From an uncultured Saprospiraceae bacterium (lineage in GTDB: Bacteria; Bacteroidota; Bacteroidia; Chitinophagales; Saprospiraceae), in assembly GCA_964586035.1 (NCBI GenBank), contig CAZPHZ010000001.1:1-33186 (forward strand): a stretch of DNA of 33,186 nt, read 5' to 3'. Below the pieces are notes generated by a model. The model saw only the letters and a program-made list of their open reading frames with translations, was not told the DNA's origin and searched no databases. Positions 9,024 through 18,814 of this stretch are shown piece after piece. Position 1 is the stretch's first letter; every line of letters begins with the position of its first letter. The position numbers and the translations under genes are program-made.

Positions 9024-9112
9024 AACCGCTCAACCGCTGGTAATTTGGCGCCGCCTATTCCCGCTTTTTGAAAAATGGTTAGCGTACAATTCCCGCTTAT
9101 GCATTTCCCACA

Positions 9113-9742
9113 TTACAGCTGCAGATACACCACGTATTTTTCCTCGAAATAAGACTCGTCGAAATAGCTGCAGATGGGGTAGGTTTCTGTGTACTCGCCT
9201 CTTGGCAGAGCTTTTATCTCCGTATTCAGGTTGCCGCCTTTCAAAGCGATCAGGCCATTGGGTACAGCGTGCAGGTGTTTTTCTTTTGCCAATCGCTGAC
9301 ACCAGGTTAGCAACTGTGGCAGGGCGGCCACTGCCCTCGTCACCACAAAATCGAACTGCTTTTTTTTCAACTCTTCTGCGCGCATTTGCTGCGCGGAGGC
9401 ATTGGTCAGTCCCAACTGTTGAATCACGTCTTCCACCACTTTTATTTTTTTAAGCGTGCCATCGATCAAAAGAAATTTGACCTGCGGAAACAGGATGGCC
9501 AGAGGCACCCCCGGAAAGCCCCCGCCAGTGCCTACATCGAGTATCTCGGTACCATCCAAGAATTGAAATACTTTGGCGATGGCCAGAGAATGTAGCACGT
9601 GCCTTTCGTACAAATTTTCGATGTCTTTGCGTGAGATGAGGTTTACGCGCGCATTCCAGTTGTGGTATAGCTGCTCCAATTGCCCAAACTGCTGCTTTTG
9701 GTTTCCACTAAGGCTTGGAAAGTATTTCGTGATTAATTCCAT
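9113..9742 (-). CDS. rsmG: 16S rRNA (guanine527-N7)-methyltransferase RsmG (GidB)
   Basis: NLISRKDIENLYERHVLHSL and SAM motif ILDVGTGGGFPGVPLAILFP. Length is 209 aa. Confidence 0.95.
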   Translation of the reverse strand: MELITKYFPSLSGNQKQQFGQLEQLYHNWNARVNLISRKDIENLYERHVLHSLAIAKVFQFLDGTEILDVGTGGGFPGVPLAILFPQVKFLLIDGTLKKIKVVEDVIQQLGLTNASAQQMRAEELKKKQFDFVVTRAVAALPQLLTWCQRLAKEKHLHAVPNGLIALKGGNLNTEIKALPRGEYTETYPICSYFDESYFEEKYVVYLQL

Positions 9743-9848
9743 GCTTCGGTATGAATTTTTCCAGGACGCAAGATATTCTTTAGATTTACGAAATCAGCCA
9801 AACTTGGCTTCATTTCTTTGCAATCTGGGAAACTGTCAACTTGTATAA

Positions 9849-10976
9849 ATGAGAATAGCGGTGAATACACGCCTTTTGATAAAAGGCAAATTAGAGGGGA
9901 TGGGATGGTTCACCCATGAAGTCGTAAAACGCTTGGTGCAGGAGCACCCCGAAGATGAATTTATTTTCTTTTTCGACCGTCCTTACAGCCCGGAATTCAT
10001 TTATGGTGACAACGTAACCGCCGTGGTATTGTTCCCGCCGGCAAGGCATCCTGTGTTATTCTACCTGTGGTTCGAGTGGGCGGTGGCAAGTGCTCTGAAA
10101 AAATACCGGGCCGATGTATTTCTCTCCCCTGACAATTTTCTCTGCCTTCGTACCAACGTGAAAACCACTTTGGTGACCCATGATCTCGCACACCTGCATT
10201 TCCCAGAGCAACTCCCTTTTTCGCAGCGCAGTTACTACCGGCATTTTGTGCCTAAATTCAACCGGCGTGCTGACAGAATCGTTACCGTTAGCGAATACAC
10301 TAAAGCAGACATTGTGCGGCAATACGGAATTGCGCCAGAAAAAATCGCCGTGGCCTATAACGGTTGCCGGGACATCTTCCGACCTTTGAGCAAAGGCGAA
10401 GCGCAAAAGATACGCGACAATTACACCAGCGGGCAGCCCTATTTTTTTTACATCGGGGCTGTGCACCCCCGCAAAAACGTACACCGTCTGATTCGTGCTT
10501 TCGATATTTTTAAAGAAAAAACAGGTGCTCCGGTGAAACTGCTCATTGGGGGCCGCTTTGCATGGAAAGCCGGAGAAGTACTCACGGCCTTCAAGTATTC
10601 GAAGCATCAGGTGGATATAAAATTTTTGGACTACCTGGCCGTCGCGGAGTTGCCAAAACTGATGGCAGCGGCCCATGCCTGCACTTACGTCTCGATGTTC
10701 GAGGGTTTCGGCCTGCCCCTTTTGGAGGCGATGAAATGCGATGTGCCCGTCATCACTTCCAATGTGTCGTCGATGCCGGAAGTAGCTGGTGATGCCGGGC
10801 TGTTGGTGGATCCACTCTCCCCGGAGGCTATGGCCGAAGCGATGCAAAAGATTTGGCAAGACCCGCATCTCTCAGTAAAGCTGGTGGCTGCGGGCCGGAT
10901 CCAACGTGAAAAATTCACCTGGCAGCATACTGCAGGTGTGGTATATGAAAATTTAAAAATGAACGCGGACGAATGA
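9849..10976 (+). CDS. Glycosyltransferase family 4 (GT-B, group 1)
   Basis: MRIAVNTRLL start and C-terminal E-x7-E motif region YVSMFEGFGLPLLEAMKCDVPVITSNVSSMPEV. Confidence 0.9.
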   Translation: MRIAVNTRLLIKGKLEGMGWFTHEVVKRLVQEHPEDEFIFFFDRPYSPEFIYGDNVTAVVLFPPARHPVLFYLWFEWAVASALKKYRADVFLSPDNFLCLRTNVKTTLVTHDLAHLHFPEQLPFSQRSYYRHFVPKFNRRADRIVTVSEYTKADIVRQYGIAPEKIAVAYNGCRDIFRPLSKGEAQKIRDNYTSGQPYFFYIGAVHPRKNVHRLIRAFDIFKEKTGAPVKLLIGGRFAWKAGEVLTAFKYSKHQVDIKFLDYLAVAELPKLMAAAHACTYVSMFEGFGLPLLEAMKCDVPVITSNVSSMPEVAGDAGLLVDPLSPEAMAEAMQKIWQDPHLSVKLVAAGRIQREKFTWQHTAGVVYENLKMNADE

Positions 10977-11025
10977 TGATGGGGTTGATTTCTTCCCTGG
11001 CTACGTCTGTAAAAATAAAAGCAAC

Positions 11026-11346
11026 ATGGGATTATTCGGATTTCTAAAACCACCCAAACCCGTGCCTTTCACTTATAGGCCCCGGTTTTACGATGAAAAA
11101 AAAGAGGCCTTTCAGGAACGGCTGAAAAATGCGGAGCAATTGGCCGGCGACAACCCGGAAGCGCTGAAAGCGCGCATTCGCAGCAGCCTCCAACGAAAGG
11201 GACACTACCTCACCGACAAGAGTTACCGCCAACGTCAGCTTATGCGTTCTAATATGCTTCTTCTGGTCATCATCGTCGTACTGGTCGTCGTTGCTTTCAT
11301 TGGCATAGAGGTATATTTGCCCAGGATTGTAAAAATTTTCGAGTGA
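11026..11346 (+). CDS. Small hypothetical membrane-anchored protein (C-terminal TM)
   Basis: 106-aa ORF with a charged N-terminal part and one TM (MLLLVIIVVLVVVAFIGIEVYL). It ends 18 nt before mutL. I recognise no family. Confidence 0.6.
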   Translation: MGLFGFLKPPKPVPFTYRPRFYDEKKEAFQERLKNAEQLAGDNPEALKARIRSSLQRKGHYLTDKSYRQRQLMRSNMLLLVIIVVLVVVAFIGIEVYLPRIVKIFE

Positions 11347-11364
11347 TAAAACAGAATCCATAAA

Positions 11365-13272
11365 ATGGCTGACATAATTCAGCTCTTGCCCGAATCTATT
11401 GCCAATCAGATAGCTGCTGGAGAAGTCGTCCAGCGGCCGGCGTCGGTGGTGAAAGAATTATTGGAGAATTCGATCGATGCGGGAGGTACGAGCATAAAGC
11501 TCATCGTGAAGGAAGCCGGCAAGACGCTAATTCAGGTCATCGACAACGGCTGCGGCATGTCGGAAACCGATGCCCGTCTTTGTTTCGAGCGGCACGCCAC
11601 CTCAAAAATCCGTGAGGCAAAAGATTTGTTTTCCATACGCACGATGGGTTTCAGGGGGGAGGCTCTGGCCTCAATCGCAGCGATTGCTCAGGTGGAGATG
11701 CGCACGCGCCTCCATAATAACGAGCTGGGCACACGGCTTGTAATCGAAGGCTCACAAGTGCTCGTTCAGGAGCCTTGCCAATGCACAGCAGGCACTAATA
11801 TTCAAATTAAAAACCTTTTTTACAACGTGCCCGCCCGGCGCAATTTCCTGAAATCCAACGCTTTGGAAATGCGCCACCTCCTCGATGAATTTCAGCGGGT
11901 GGCGCTGGCCAACGTCGATGTTTTTTTCTCCCTTCACCACAACGGCACCGAGATATTCCATCTGCCCCCCGGCAAATTGCGGCAGCGCATCGTCGGAACT
12001 TTTGGCAAGGCTGCCAACCCCAAATTGGTGAAGGTGAAAGAAGATACTGATGTCATCAAAATTTGCGGATACATCGGCAAGCCGGAGTTTGCCCGTAAAA
12101 ACCGGGGCGAACAGTTGTTTTTTGTCAACCAGCGATTCATAAAAAGCGGTTACCTCCACCATGCCTTGATGTCGGCTTACGAGGACCTTATTCAAAAAGA
12201 TACCTACCCCATGTACGTGCTTTTTATTGAAATGGACCCGGCCAGAATCGACATCAATGTGCACCCCACAAAACAGGAAATAAAGTTCGACGACGAACGG
12301 CTCGTTTACAATTATTTGAAAGTGGCAGTGCGCCACGCACTTGGGCAGTACAGCATCATGCCCACGCTGGATTTTGACCAGGAGACCAGTTTTTCACCCA
12401 CTCAAAATTTTGGATTGCCATTCGAAGTACCGGCGCAGGAAACTTTTGAAAAAGAGCTCTCTGGTACCGGCAAAAACGAATCGCAGGGAAACGCCAATGC
12501 TTCCGGATTTGATGGTAGCAACAATGGCGGACAGGGAACCCCGCAACGCGATTGGCGAAAACTGTTTGAGGGTCTCGACGAGTTGGAAGAAGAAATGGGC
12601 AGTGACGCCCAAGATGTGGAAGGAACCATCACTCTGCAAAGTGGCATCTCAGACAACAATGAAATGGACGGGGGCAATACCTCATTTACCAAAACCCAAA
12701 AAGAACCCTACCAGATCCACAGCACATATATAATCAGCCATATCAAGTCCGGCTTTTTGCTGATAGATCAGCAGGCGGCACACGAACGCATTCTCTTTGA
12801 AAAATACCTCGAAGTACTGGACAACCGGCAGGCTTTCACCCAAAAAGATCTTTTCCCAAAAACGATAAACCTGCCACCAGCCGATGCAGCTTTGATGCAG
12901 GAGATTTTACCGCATATCAATTTACTCGGTTTCGACATCCAACCGTTTGGAAATGGCGCTTTCGTCGTCCAGGGTATACCGGCCGAGCTGGTGGGCCGCC
13001 AGGATGAAGTGAAGCTCATTGAAACGTTGCTTTACCAATACAAGCGCAACGTAGAATTGAACCTTAATATCAGCGAAAACCTCGCCCGGTCGATGGCTCG
13101 CAGTTCTGCCATCAAACGCGGGCAACCACTGGAAGTGCAGGAAATGCGCGAACTTATTGACAAGTTGTTTGCGTGCGCCATGCCTTTCAAAAGCCCTTCG
13201 GGACGCAACTGTTTTATAACCTACGAAATGGAAGCGCTGGAGAAAAATTTCAGGCTTGGCCGGGACCTCTAA
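11365..13272 (+). CDS. mutL: DNA mismatch repair protein MutL
   Basis: N-terminal GHKL ATPase motifs IANQIAAGEVVQRPASVVKELLENSIDAG and DNGCGM. C-terminal dimerisation domain with the QQAAHERILFE motif. Confidence 0.97.
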   Translation: MADIIQLLPESIANQIAAGEVVQRPASVVKELLENSIDAGGTSIKLIVKEAGKTLIQVIDNGCGMSETDARLCFERHATSKIREAKDLFSIRTMGFRGEALASIAAIAQVEMRTRLHNNELGTRLVIEGSQVLVQEPCQCTAGTNIQIKNLFYNVPARRNFLKSNALEMRHLLDEFQRVALANVDVFFSLHHNGTEIFHLPPGKLRQRIVGTFGKAANPKLVKVKEDTDVIKICGYIGKPEFARKNRGEQLFFVNQRFIKSGYLHHALMSAYEDLIQKDTYPMYVLFIEMDPARIDINVHPTKQEIKFDDERLVYNYLKVAVRHALGQYSIMPTLDFDQETSFSPTQNFGLPFEVPAQETFEKELSGTGKNESQGNANASGFDGSNNGGQGTPQRDWRKLFEGLDELEEEMGSDAQDVEGTITLQSGISDNNEMDGGNTSFTKTQKEPYQIHSTYIISHIKSGFLLIDQQAAHERILFEKYLEVLDNRQAFTQKDLFPKTINLPPADAALMQEILPHINLLGFDIQPFGNGAFVVQGIPAELVGRQDEVKLIETLLYQYKRNVELNLNISENLARSMARSSAIKRGQPLEVQEMRELIDKLFACAMPFKSPSGRNCFITYEMEALEKNFRLGRDL

Positions 13273-13315
13273 AAAAAATGGCGAGTGCAAAGCGCACTCA
13301 CCATCCTTTTATTTT
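13271..13315. terminator. Bidirectional intrinsic terminator between mutL and the DUF2911 gene
   Basis: A8 run, then stem ATGGCGAGTGC / GCACTCACCAT (13278-13304, one mismatch), then CCTTTTATTTT. Confidence 0.7.
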
Positions 13316-13380
13316 CAAGTATTGGAATTCAAAATGCACCCGATACTTCTCCAAATTATTTTCTAAAAAAAACTACTGCG

Positions 13381-14229
13381 TTACATTTTCTTCCACTCCG
13401 CAATAGACTCGGTGTTCATCCGCTCGTAGTCCTTATTCCCAGCTTCGGTGGCCAGTTGTTTGGATTTTTCGGCCACTTTGATTGCCTCGGCATAACTCCC
13501 CATTTTAGCAAGGCAAAGAGATTCCTGACGAAGGGTCCAGAAGCGGGGATTCATCACGTTGGCTTTGTGCAGCCATTCATGGGCCTGCTTCATGTCTTTG
13601 TCCGCCTCCATGTAATAGCGTCCGGCGGCGTAGTAATCGTTGGCACTGGGTCCGGCCATGGTGCTTTTGATAGCAGCACTCACAGCCTCGTCAGTGCTCA
13701 GGCCCACCTCGAATTGAACAGCAGTTCTTTCCCAAATAAGCGAAATATTGCAAGAGTTGTTGCGAAGCGACCCCACATCGATGAGAAATGTCTCAACAGT
13801 AAAAGGCAATTCCTGTGGCTTAACCTTGAAGCGGACGGCTTCTTTGGCAGCATCGTATTTCTCGGGAGTTCCCCAATTATCACTATCGGTGTAAAATATT
13901 ATGTCCCACTCATCGGGATTGGGAACTGTGTAAAGTGCGTAGGTGCCGGCCTTGAGCTCCTGGCCCCCGATGTTGACCTTTTCGCTGAAAGTAATGGTGG
14001 TGTTTTCATTGGCACCGGTGCGCCACAAATCTCCCCAGGGCAATAGCCCGCCAAAAATGGTGCGGCCTTTCACGCCGGGCCGGCTATATTCTACCGTGAT
14101 GTCAGTGAGGCCGGCTTTTTGTGTCATTTTACAAAATGGACTTGGTGCCGGTGTCTGGATTTGTGCAGTGGCGGTTTGTAAAACAGCCAACACTGCCAGT
14201 GATGTGAGAGTAAGCAGTACTTTTTTCAT
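13381..14229 (-). CDS. Secreted DUF2911 domain protein with C-terminal TPR-like helices
   Basis: Signal peptide MKKVLLTLTSLAVLAVLQTATAQ. DUF2911-typical TVEYSRPGVKGRTIFGGLLPWGDLWRTGANENTTITF. Start is set at ATG 14229, which gives the signal peptide, rather than 14430. Confidence 0.85.
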   Translation of the reverse strand: MKKVLLTLTSLAVLAVLQTATAQIQTPAPSPFCKMTQKAGLTDITVEYSRPGVKGRTIFGGLLPWGDLWRTGANENTTITFSEKVNIGGQELKAGTYALYTVPNPDEWDIIFYTDSDNWGTPEKYDAAKEAVRFKVKPQELPFTVETFLIDVGSLRNNSCNISLIWERTAVQFEVGLSTDEAVSAAIKSTMAGPSANDYYAAGRYYMEADKDMKQAHEWLHKANVMNPRFWTLRQESLCLAKMGSYAEAIKVAEKSKQLATEAGNKDYERMNTESIAEWKKM

Positions 14230-14365
14230 CTGAAATTGATTTAAGTTAAAATTGAGTGTGAAAATAGCATTTTGTGGAAATTTGGAGCACAGCCCGATTT
14301 CAATTAACGTAATTATAACGATTTCGGAAGCTGCGAAAACCAAGGTCATTTCCGGCTGATTTTTA

Positions 14366-14373
14366 TACCTTTG
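14366..14373 (+). promoter_or_regulatory. Candidate -7 box TACCTTTG for dnaX
   Basis: Matches the Bacteroidota sigma-A consensus TAnnTTTG, 74 nt upstream of ATG 14447. No clear -33 TTG. Confidence 0.4.
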
Positions 14374-14446
14374 CCCACCTGGCGGGCAGCGAAAAATCTT
14401 TTTCATTTCAAAGAATTCCCTGCCCGGCACACACCGTCTGCCGCCA

Positions 14447-16306
14447 ATGAGTTACATCGTTTCCGCACGAAAATACCGCCCGCAACGCTTCGCCGATGTC
14501 GTTGGCCAAAGCCATGTGTCGCAGACTTTGAAAAAGGCATTTCAGACCGACCACCTCGCCCATGCCTTTTTATTTTGCGGCCCGCGTGGCGTTGGCAAAA
14601 CATCTTGCGCACGGATATTGGCAAAGGCGCTCAACTGCCGCAGCTTGACCAAAGACCATGAACCTTGCGGAACCTGCGATAGCTGCATTTCTTTCGATGA
14701 AAATGCTTCCTTTAACATCATGGAACTGGATGCCGCCTCCAATAACAGTGTGGACCACATCCGGGCATTGGTCGAACAGGTGCGCTTCCAACCCCAGCAG
14801 GGCCATTACAAAGTTTATATTATCGACGAGGTTCACATGCTCTCCTCATCGGCTTTCAATGCCTTTTTGAAAACGCTGGAGGAGCCGCCACCTTACGCCG
14901 TTTTTATATTGGCCACGACCGAGAAACATAAGATAATCCCCACGATACTTTCGCGGTGCCAGACTTTCGATTTCAAGAGGATTCAGGTAAAAGACATTAC
15001 CGCTCATCTCGAAAATATTTGCAAAAAGGAAAAGATAAAGGCGGAAAAGGAGGCCCTCCATGTGGTCGCTGTCAAAGCCGACGGTGCGTTGCGCGACGCA
15101 CTCTCGATATTTGACCGGATGGTGAGTTCTTTTGGGAAAAACATCACCTATGCCGATGTCGCCGCCAACCTGAACATCCTCGATTATAGCTATTACTTCC
15201 GCTTTACCGAGGCCCTCTTGGCACAAGATTTAGCCCAGGTTATGCTCATTTTTGACGAGGTGATACGGAATGGATTCGATGGCGATTTGTTCATCAACGG
15301 GCTGGCGGGCCACCTTCGCGACCTCCTTGTGTGCAAAGATGATGGAATGAGCACCCTGCTCGAAGTTACCGATTCACTGAAAGAGCGGTACCATCAACTT
15401 TCTGGCCTGGCACCCACTTCCTTTCTGCTCACCGCTCTCAACATTTGCAATGACTGCGACGTGAATTACAAAATGGCCCGGGACAAACGGCTGCACGTAG
15501 AAATGGCTCTGATAAAGTTGTGCTATATTTCGCAAGCTGTTCAACTCGCCAACAACAGCAAGCCTGCACCCCTACCGGAAAAAAAAACTCCTGATGTAAA
15601 ATCTGCCACAACACCCGCCCCGCCAGTACCTCCGAAATCATCTTCTCAAGTACAAATTACACAGCCGCAACCTCCGCTCACTCCGCCCAAAGACTCTCTG
15701 CCCGAAAATGAACCCGCTCCTCTTTCCGCTGAAGAGCCGGCACCAAAGGACGTTGAAAAAGTGGAAGAAACGCCTGACCCGGGATATGAAAAAAAACCGG
15801 CACCCAATGCCGAAGAAATCTCCAAAGTGCCATCGCTTCGAAAGCCAAATACCGGGAAGATACCCAAAATCCAGTCCCTTACCGATATGCGTGCCGAGGT
15901 GAAAGACAATGAAACAAATGGCTTAAAACTAAAAGAGGATTTATCTCAGGTATCTCTGGATACCGCCTGGCAGAATTACACGGAATCCATCGACCGGGAT
16001 TCTGTAAAAATAGTATTGAAAAACGCCGGAGCCAAGATGACCGAACAGGGAATAGTCGTCAAGGTAGGTTCCGCGCTGGCGGAAAACACCATCCGTCAGG
16101 AGTCCGGTCTCATGGAGTTTTTGCGTGAAAAATTGCAAGCACCGCGCCTTTCTATGAAAATTATCATCGACACTTCGAAAGCACCAGTTGTAAAAGCTCC
16201 TCCCAAAAGGCTTACTGACAGCGAAAAATATTGGGGTATGAAAAGCATAAACCCTCTCGTAGACGAAGTGCGGAAACGCTTTGATTTACAGATAGACGAA
16301 ACTTGA
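14447..16306 (+). CDS. dnaX: DNA polymerase III subunit gamma/tau (DnaX)
   Basis: ARKYRPQRFADVVGQ, Walker A GPRGVGKTS, zinc module CGTCDSC, Walker B IIDEVHML and sensor SRCQ. A Pro-rich linker and a C-terminal tau-type region follow. Confidence 0.97.
   Translation: MSYIVSARKYRPQRFADVVGQSHVSQTLKKAFQTDHLAHAFLFCGPRGVGKTSCARILAKALNCRSLTKDHEPCGTCDSCISFDENASFNIMELDAASNNSVDHIRALVEQVRFQPQQGHYKVYIIDEVHMLSSSAFNAFLKTLEEPPPYAVFILATTEKHKIIPTILSRCQTFDFKRIQVKDITAHLENICKKEKIKAEKEALHVVAVKADGALRDALSIFDRMVSSFGKNITYADVAANLNILDYSYYFRFTEALLAQDLAQVMLIFDEVIRNGFDGDLFINGLAGHLRDLLVCKDDGMSTLLEVTDSLKERYHQLSGLAPTSFLLTALNICNDCDVNYKMARDKRLHVEMALIKLCYISQAVQLANNSKPAPLPEKKTPDVKSATTPAPPVPPKSSSQVQITQPQPPLTPPKDSLPENEPAPLSAEEPAPKDVEKVEETPDPGYEKKPAPNAEEISKVPSLRKPNTGKIPKIQSLTDMRAEVKDNETNGLKLKEDLSQVSLDTAWQNYTESIDRDSVKIVLKNAGAKMTEQGIVVKVGSALAENTIRQESGLMEFLREKLQAPRLSMKIIIDTSKAPVVKAPPKRLTDSEKYWGMKSINPLVDEVRKRFDLQIDET
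15579..15599 (+). other. A9 tract plus immediate stops in both alternative frames inside dnaX (candidate slippage/frameshift site)
   Basis: CCG GAA AAA AAA ACT gives A9 at 15579-15587. The -1 frame reads AAC TCC TGA (stop 15592-15594). The +1 frame reads CTC CTG ATG TAA (stop 15597-15599). Confidence 0.5.
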
Positions 16307-16322
16307 GGCGCAATCCTTTTAA

Positions 16323-16361
16323 CCACAAAAGTTCAGGCCGATGAGGTCTGAACTTTTGTGG
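16323..16361. terminator. 17-bp hairpin between convergent dnaX and the TlpA-like gene
   Basis: CCACAAAAGTTCAGGCC (16323-16339), loop GATGA, GGTCTGAACTTTTGTGG (16345-16361). All positions pair, with one G-U. Confidence 0.65.
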
Positions 16362-16386
16362 GTGTCGAAATATTAAACTGTCTATC

Positions 16387-17874
16387 TCAACCTTTCCGTT
16401 TCGCCATATCCCGTTCAATCATTGTTTGTATCTGATCAACATGCAGGTTTTTTGCAATGATGACGCGGTCGGGGTCCAAAATATAAATCTCTGGAGTGAC
16501 ATCGACAAAATAGGTAGCATATATGGCCTTGTTCGTGGGGTCGAAAACGTTTGTCCAGGTCATGTGGTCTTTGGCGATGTAATCCGTCCACTTCTTATGG
16601 TCCGTATCGACGGCGATTCCATAAACATCCACGCCTTTAGATTTCCATTCCTTGTAAAAATCGACGAGCAGCGGCGTTTCTTTGGCGCAGTGCTCGCAGT
16701 CGGGATTGTACATATACACGATGATGTAAGGTGCCTTGAGGTCGTAAATGGAGCGCAACACGCCGTTGGGGTCTTTGGCGGTCACATTCGGACCTTTTTC
16801 CCCGACGAGGCTGGCAGCCATTTCGTGGGCGCGTAGTTGCAGACTGTAGATTTCCGTAGAATCCGACCAGAATGCACGATCGTACGTGAAGTAATTTTGA
16901 ATCATGTGGACAAAAACAGCCTGGGCGTCCATTAGTGTGGACTCGGTGGGCTCATAACTCAGCGTAATCCAATTTGCAAAAAACTTGAACAATTCGGGAG
17001 ATTTCAAAGTGCGGTCCACAACAAAAGAAGCGGCAGCATTGATGGAGTCGGGCTGTTGCGGCGTCAATTCTTTTATATAGCGTTTCAGCTTATTGTAAAG
17101 CACCGGTGTATAGAGAAGACGCTCGTCATTGAAGTTGACATCATCCCAGAATTGCATTCGGTAGAGGTAGGAGTACCGCGCCGTATCTAGCGTGCCATCG
17201 GGCTTGGTGACATTGCGGAGGTCGGGATTCTGCCCCGCTTTTTTGAACGAAGTGAAAAAAGTGTTCGGGTATTTTTTAAAAATATCCGCTAAAAAAGCCT
17301 GGCGCTCATCCAACAGTTGGTCCTGTTCTGCTTTCAGCTGTTTGTACGCCGGTGTGTTTGGTGCGGCAGATCTCATTTTGGAAGCATTGGCCTGAAATTT
17401 TGGACGTTGACTATTTTCGAATTTCAGCGCCCGGTAGAGAAGCTCATTATCCTGGCTGCCCTCCACCTGCATTGCACCGACGAGGTTGTTCAGATTGGTC
17501 TTCATGGTGAAAGTCTGGTCTTTGTCAATCAGCATCTGAATGTTGCGGTTGCCGGGGAAAACGACGAAGAACATTCCAGGACGGAATGGATCCTTGTGTT
17601 TGAATACCATATTACCGGAGGCATCGATTGAGGAGGAGTCGGCGCGGTAGTTTTGGTCGGCAAATGCGCCGTACAAGTATGCCATTCCGGTGTTGAAACC
17701 CTCCACTTGCACCCGGATGTCCGGCGACTCGCACTCCTCTTTGTAATTTTTAGTGGATATGACCGGTCCTTCCACATAGTTTGATGTGGCCGGAATTTGG
17801 GCCTGCGATGACGATTCTGTGCCGTTGCAGGCGTAAATAAAAGATACGATGGTAATAACGACGAATAGTCTCAT
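16387..17874 (-). CDS. Thioredoxin-fold lipoprotein (TlpA/AhpC-TSA-like C-terminal domain with CxxC; DUF5106-like N-terminal region)
   Basis: Lipoprotein signal MRLFVVITIVSFIYAC. C-terminal thioredoxin fold with YNPDCEHCAKETPLL (CEHC). Confidence 0.85.
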   Translation of the reverse strand: MRLFVVITIVSFIYACNGTESSSQAQIPATSNYVEGPVISTKNYKEECESPDIRVQVEGFNTGMAYLYGAFADQNYRADSSSIDASGNMVFKHKDPFRPGMFFVVFPGNRNIQMLIDKDQTFTMKTNLNNLVGAMQVEGSQDNELLYRALKFENSQRPKFQANASKMRSAAPNTPAYKQLKAEQDQLLDERQAFLADIFKKYPNTFFTSFKKAGQNPDLRNVTKPDGTLDTARYSYLYRMQFWDDVNFNDERLLYTPVLYNKLKRYIKELTPQQPDSINAAASFVVDRTLKSPELFKFFANWITLSYEPTESTLMDAQAVFVHMIQNYFTYDRAFWSDSTEIYSLQLRAHEMAASLVGEKGPNVTAKDPNGVLRSIYDLKAPYIIVYMYNPDCEHCAKETPLLVDFYKEWKSKGVDVYGIAVDTDHKKWTDYIAKDHMTWTNVFDPTNKAIYATYFVDVTPEIYILDPDRVIIAKNLHVDQIQTMIERDMAKRKG

Positions 17875-17996
17875 TGTGCAAAATTTTGGATGCGAAAATA
17901 AGGATTTGTTTGCATCACAAAAAACCGTACCCCGGAGGAAATGTAAAACAATATCCCGGGCCTTTTGAACATCTTTAACACCTCTTTAAATACTGT

Positions 17997-18497
17997 TCAT
18001 CCCACTGCTTCCGGCCGAAGCGCCTGAACGGCGATTCCGGCAAGGACAAATCCCAGAAATATCAGAAAACCAAAGCGTAGAATACGCCAGCCATTCTGCA
18101 TGCCGGCAGCTCTGTAAAATACCCCCGTCACGGCCAGAATTTCCACGAGGTAAACGAGGTTGAACGCCACCAATTGTTTCACCGGAATAGCCACGTAGGA
18201 ATAGAGCCCCAGCGCGTTGGCCACCGAAAATAGAAGCCCGAAAATAAGCCCGAACCGGAGGGCCTCCCTGCCCGGCGGCTTTTCGCCATAAATGTGCGAG
18301 AATAGATACCCGACGAGTGCCGTGAGCAGGAGGAAACTGCCGTACCCGGCGGGTATGAGGCAGGCCAGTTCTTCCAGAGGCTTGATGGCGGCAACGGGTT
18401 CTTCCCATAGAGGCTTGAGCAAACTGGCGTGGAAGAAAAAATCTATCCCGATAAAAACCAGCCAGGCAGACACGGTGGTGATGATGTGTTTTTTCAT
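17997..18497 (-). CDS. Hypothetical integral membrane protein (about 5 TM)
   Basis: A hydrophobic ORF. Start is set at ATG 18497 (MKKHIITTVSAWLVF). I recognise no family. Confidence 0.65.
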   Translation of the reverse strand: MKKHIITTVSAWLVFIGIDFFFHASLLKPLWEEPVAAIKPLEELACLIPAGYGSFLLLTALVGYLFSHIYGEKPPGREALRFGLIFGLLFSVANALGLYSYVAIPVKQLVAFNLVYLVEILAVTGVFYRAAGMQNGWRILRFGFLIFLGFVLAGIAVQALRPEAVG

Positions 18498-18631
18498 AAA
18501 TGCAGGTCTGAACCAGAGGTGAATCCGGCTCCAAATTAAAAAACAAATAACTGTCCCGCCCCACGCGTTGCATAAAACCCGGCATACTAACAATGCCGAA
18601 AGCCTTACCTTTGCAAAAAATCGACAAAGCC

Positions 18632-18814
18632 ATGCTCAAAATACTCATCTGGGGCCTAGTTATTTATTATGTCTATCGCTTTTTTCAACAAAAAGCCCAG
18701 CTGTGGGACGGTGGCAAACAGCAACAAAAATTTAAAGAGTATCCGCCACAGAATGAAAAGGAAAACGGCAAAGACGATGAGGGAGAATACATCGATTATG
18801 AGGAGTTGAATTGA
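18632..18814 (+). CDS. DUF4834 family small membrane protein
   Basis: MLKILIWGLVIYYVYRFF TM followed by a charged tail ending GEYIDYEEL, as in DUF4834. Start is set at ATG 18632. Confidence 0.7.
   Translation: MLKILIWGLVIYYVYRFFQQKAQLWDGGKQQQKFKEYPPQNEKENGKDDEGEYIDYEELN

Noticed and set aside
10056-10868. 270-aa antisense ORF, and similar ones at 42-662, 705-1397, 3663-4247, 11752-12336, 13285-14046 and 32115-32792
   Set aside because: All lie opposite genes with strong family motifs. They have Arg/His/Gly-skewed composition, and none has a plausible start context. They are shadow ORFs.
15789-15796. Second A-run (A8) in dnaX as an additional recoding site
   Set aside because: It lies deep in the tau-specific linker, where truncation has no known functional parallel. 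The run is shorter and simply encodes EKK. I note it only as a control showing that A-runs are not rare here.
17986-18648. 220-aa ORF overlapping the membrane-protein gene in another frame of the same strand
   Set aside because: The translation is Arg/Gly/Ser-rich and non-hydrophobic. The alternative frame gives a coherent multi-TM protein with a good MKKH start. Extending to 18648 would also overlap the DUF4834 gene.
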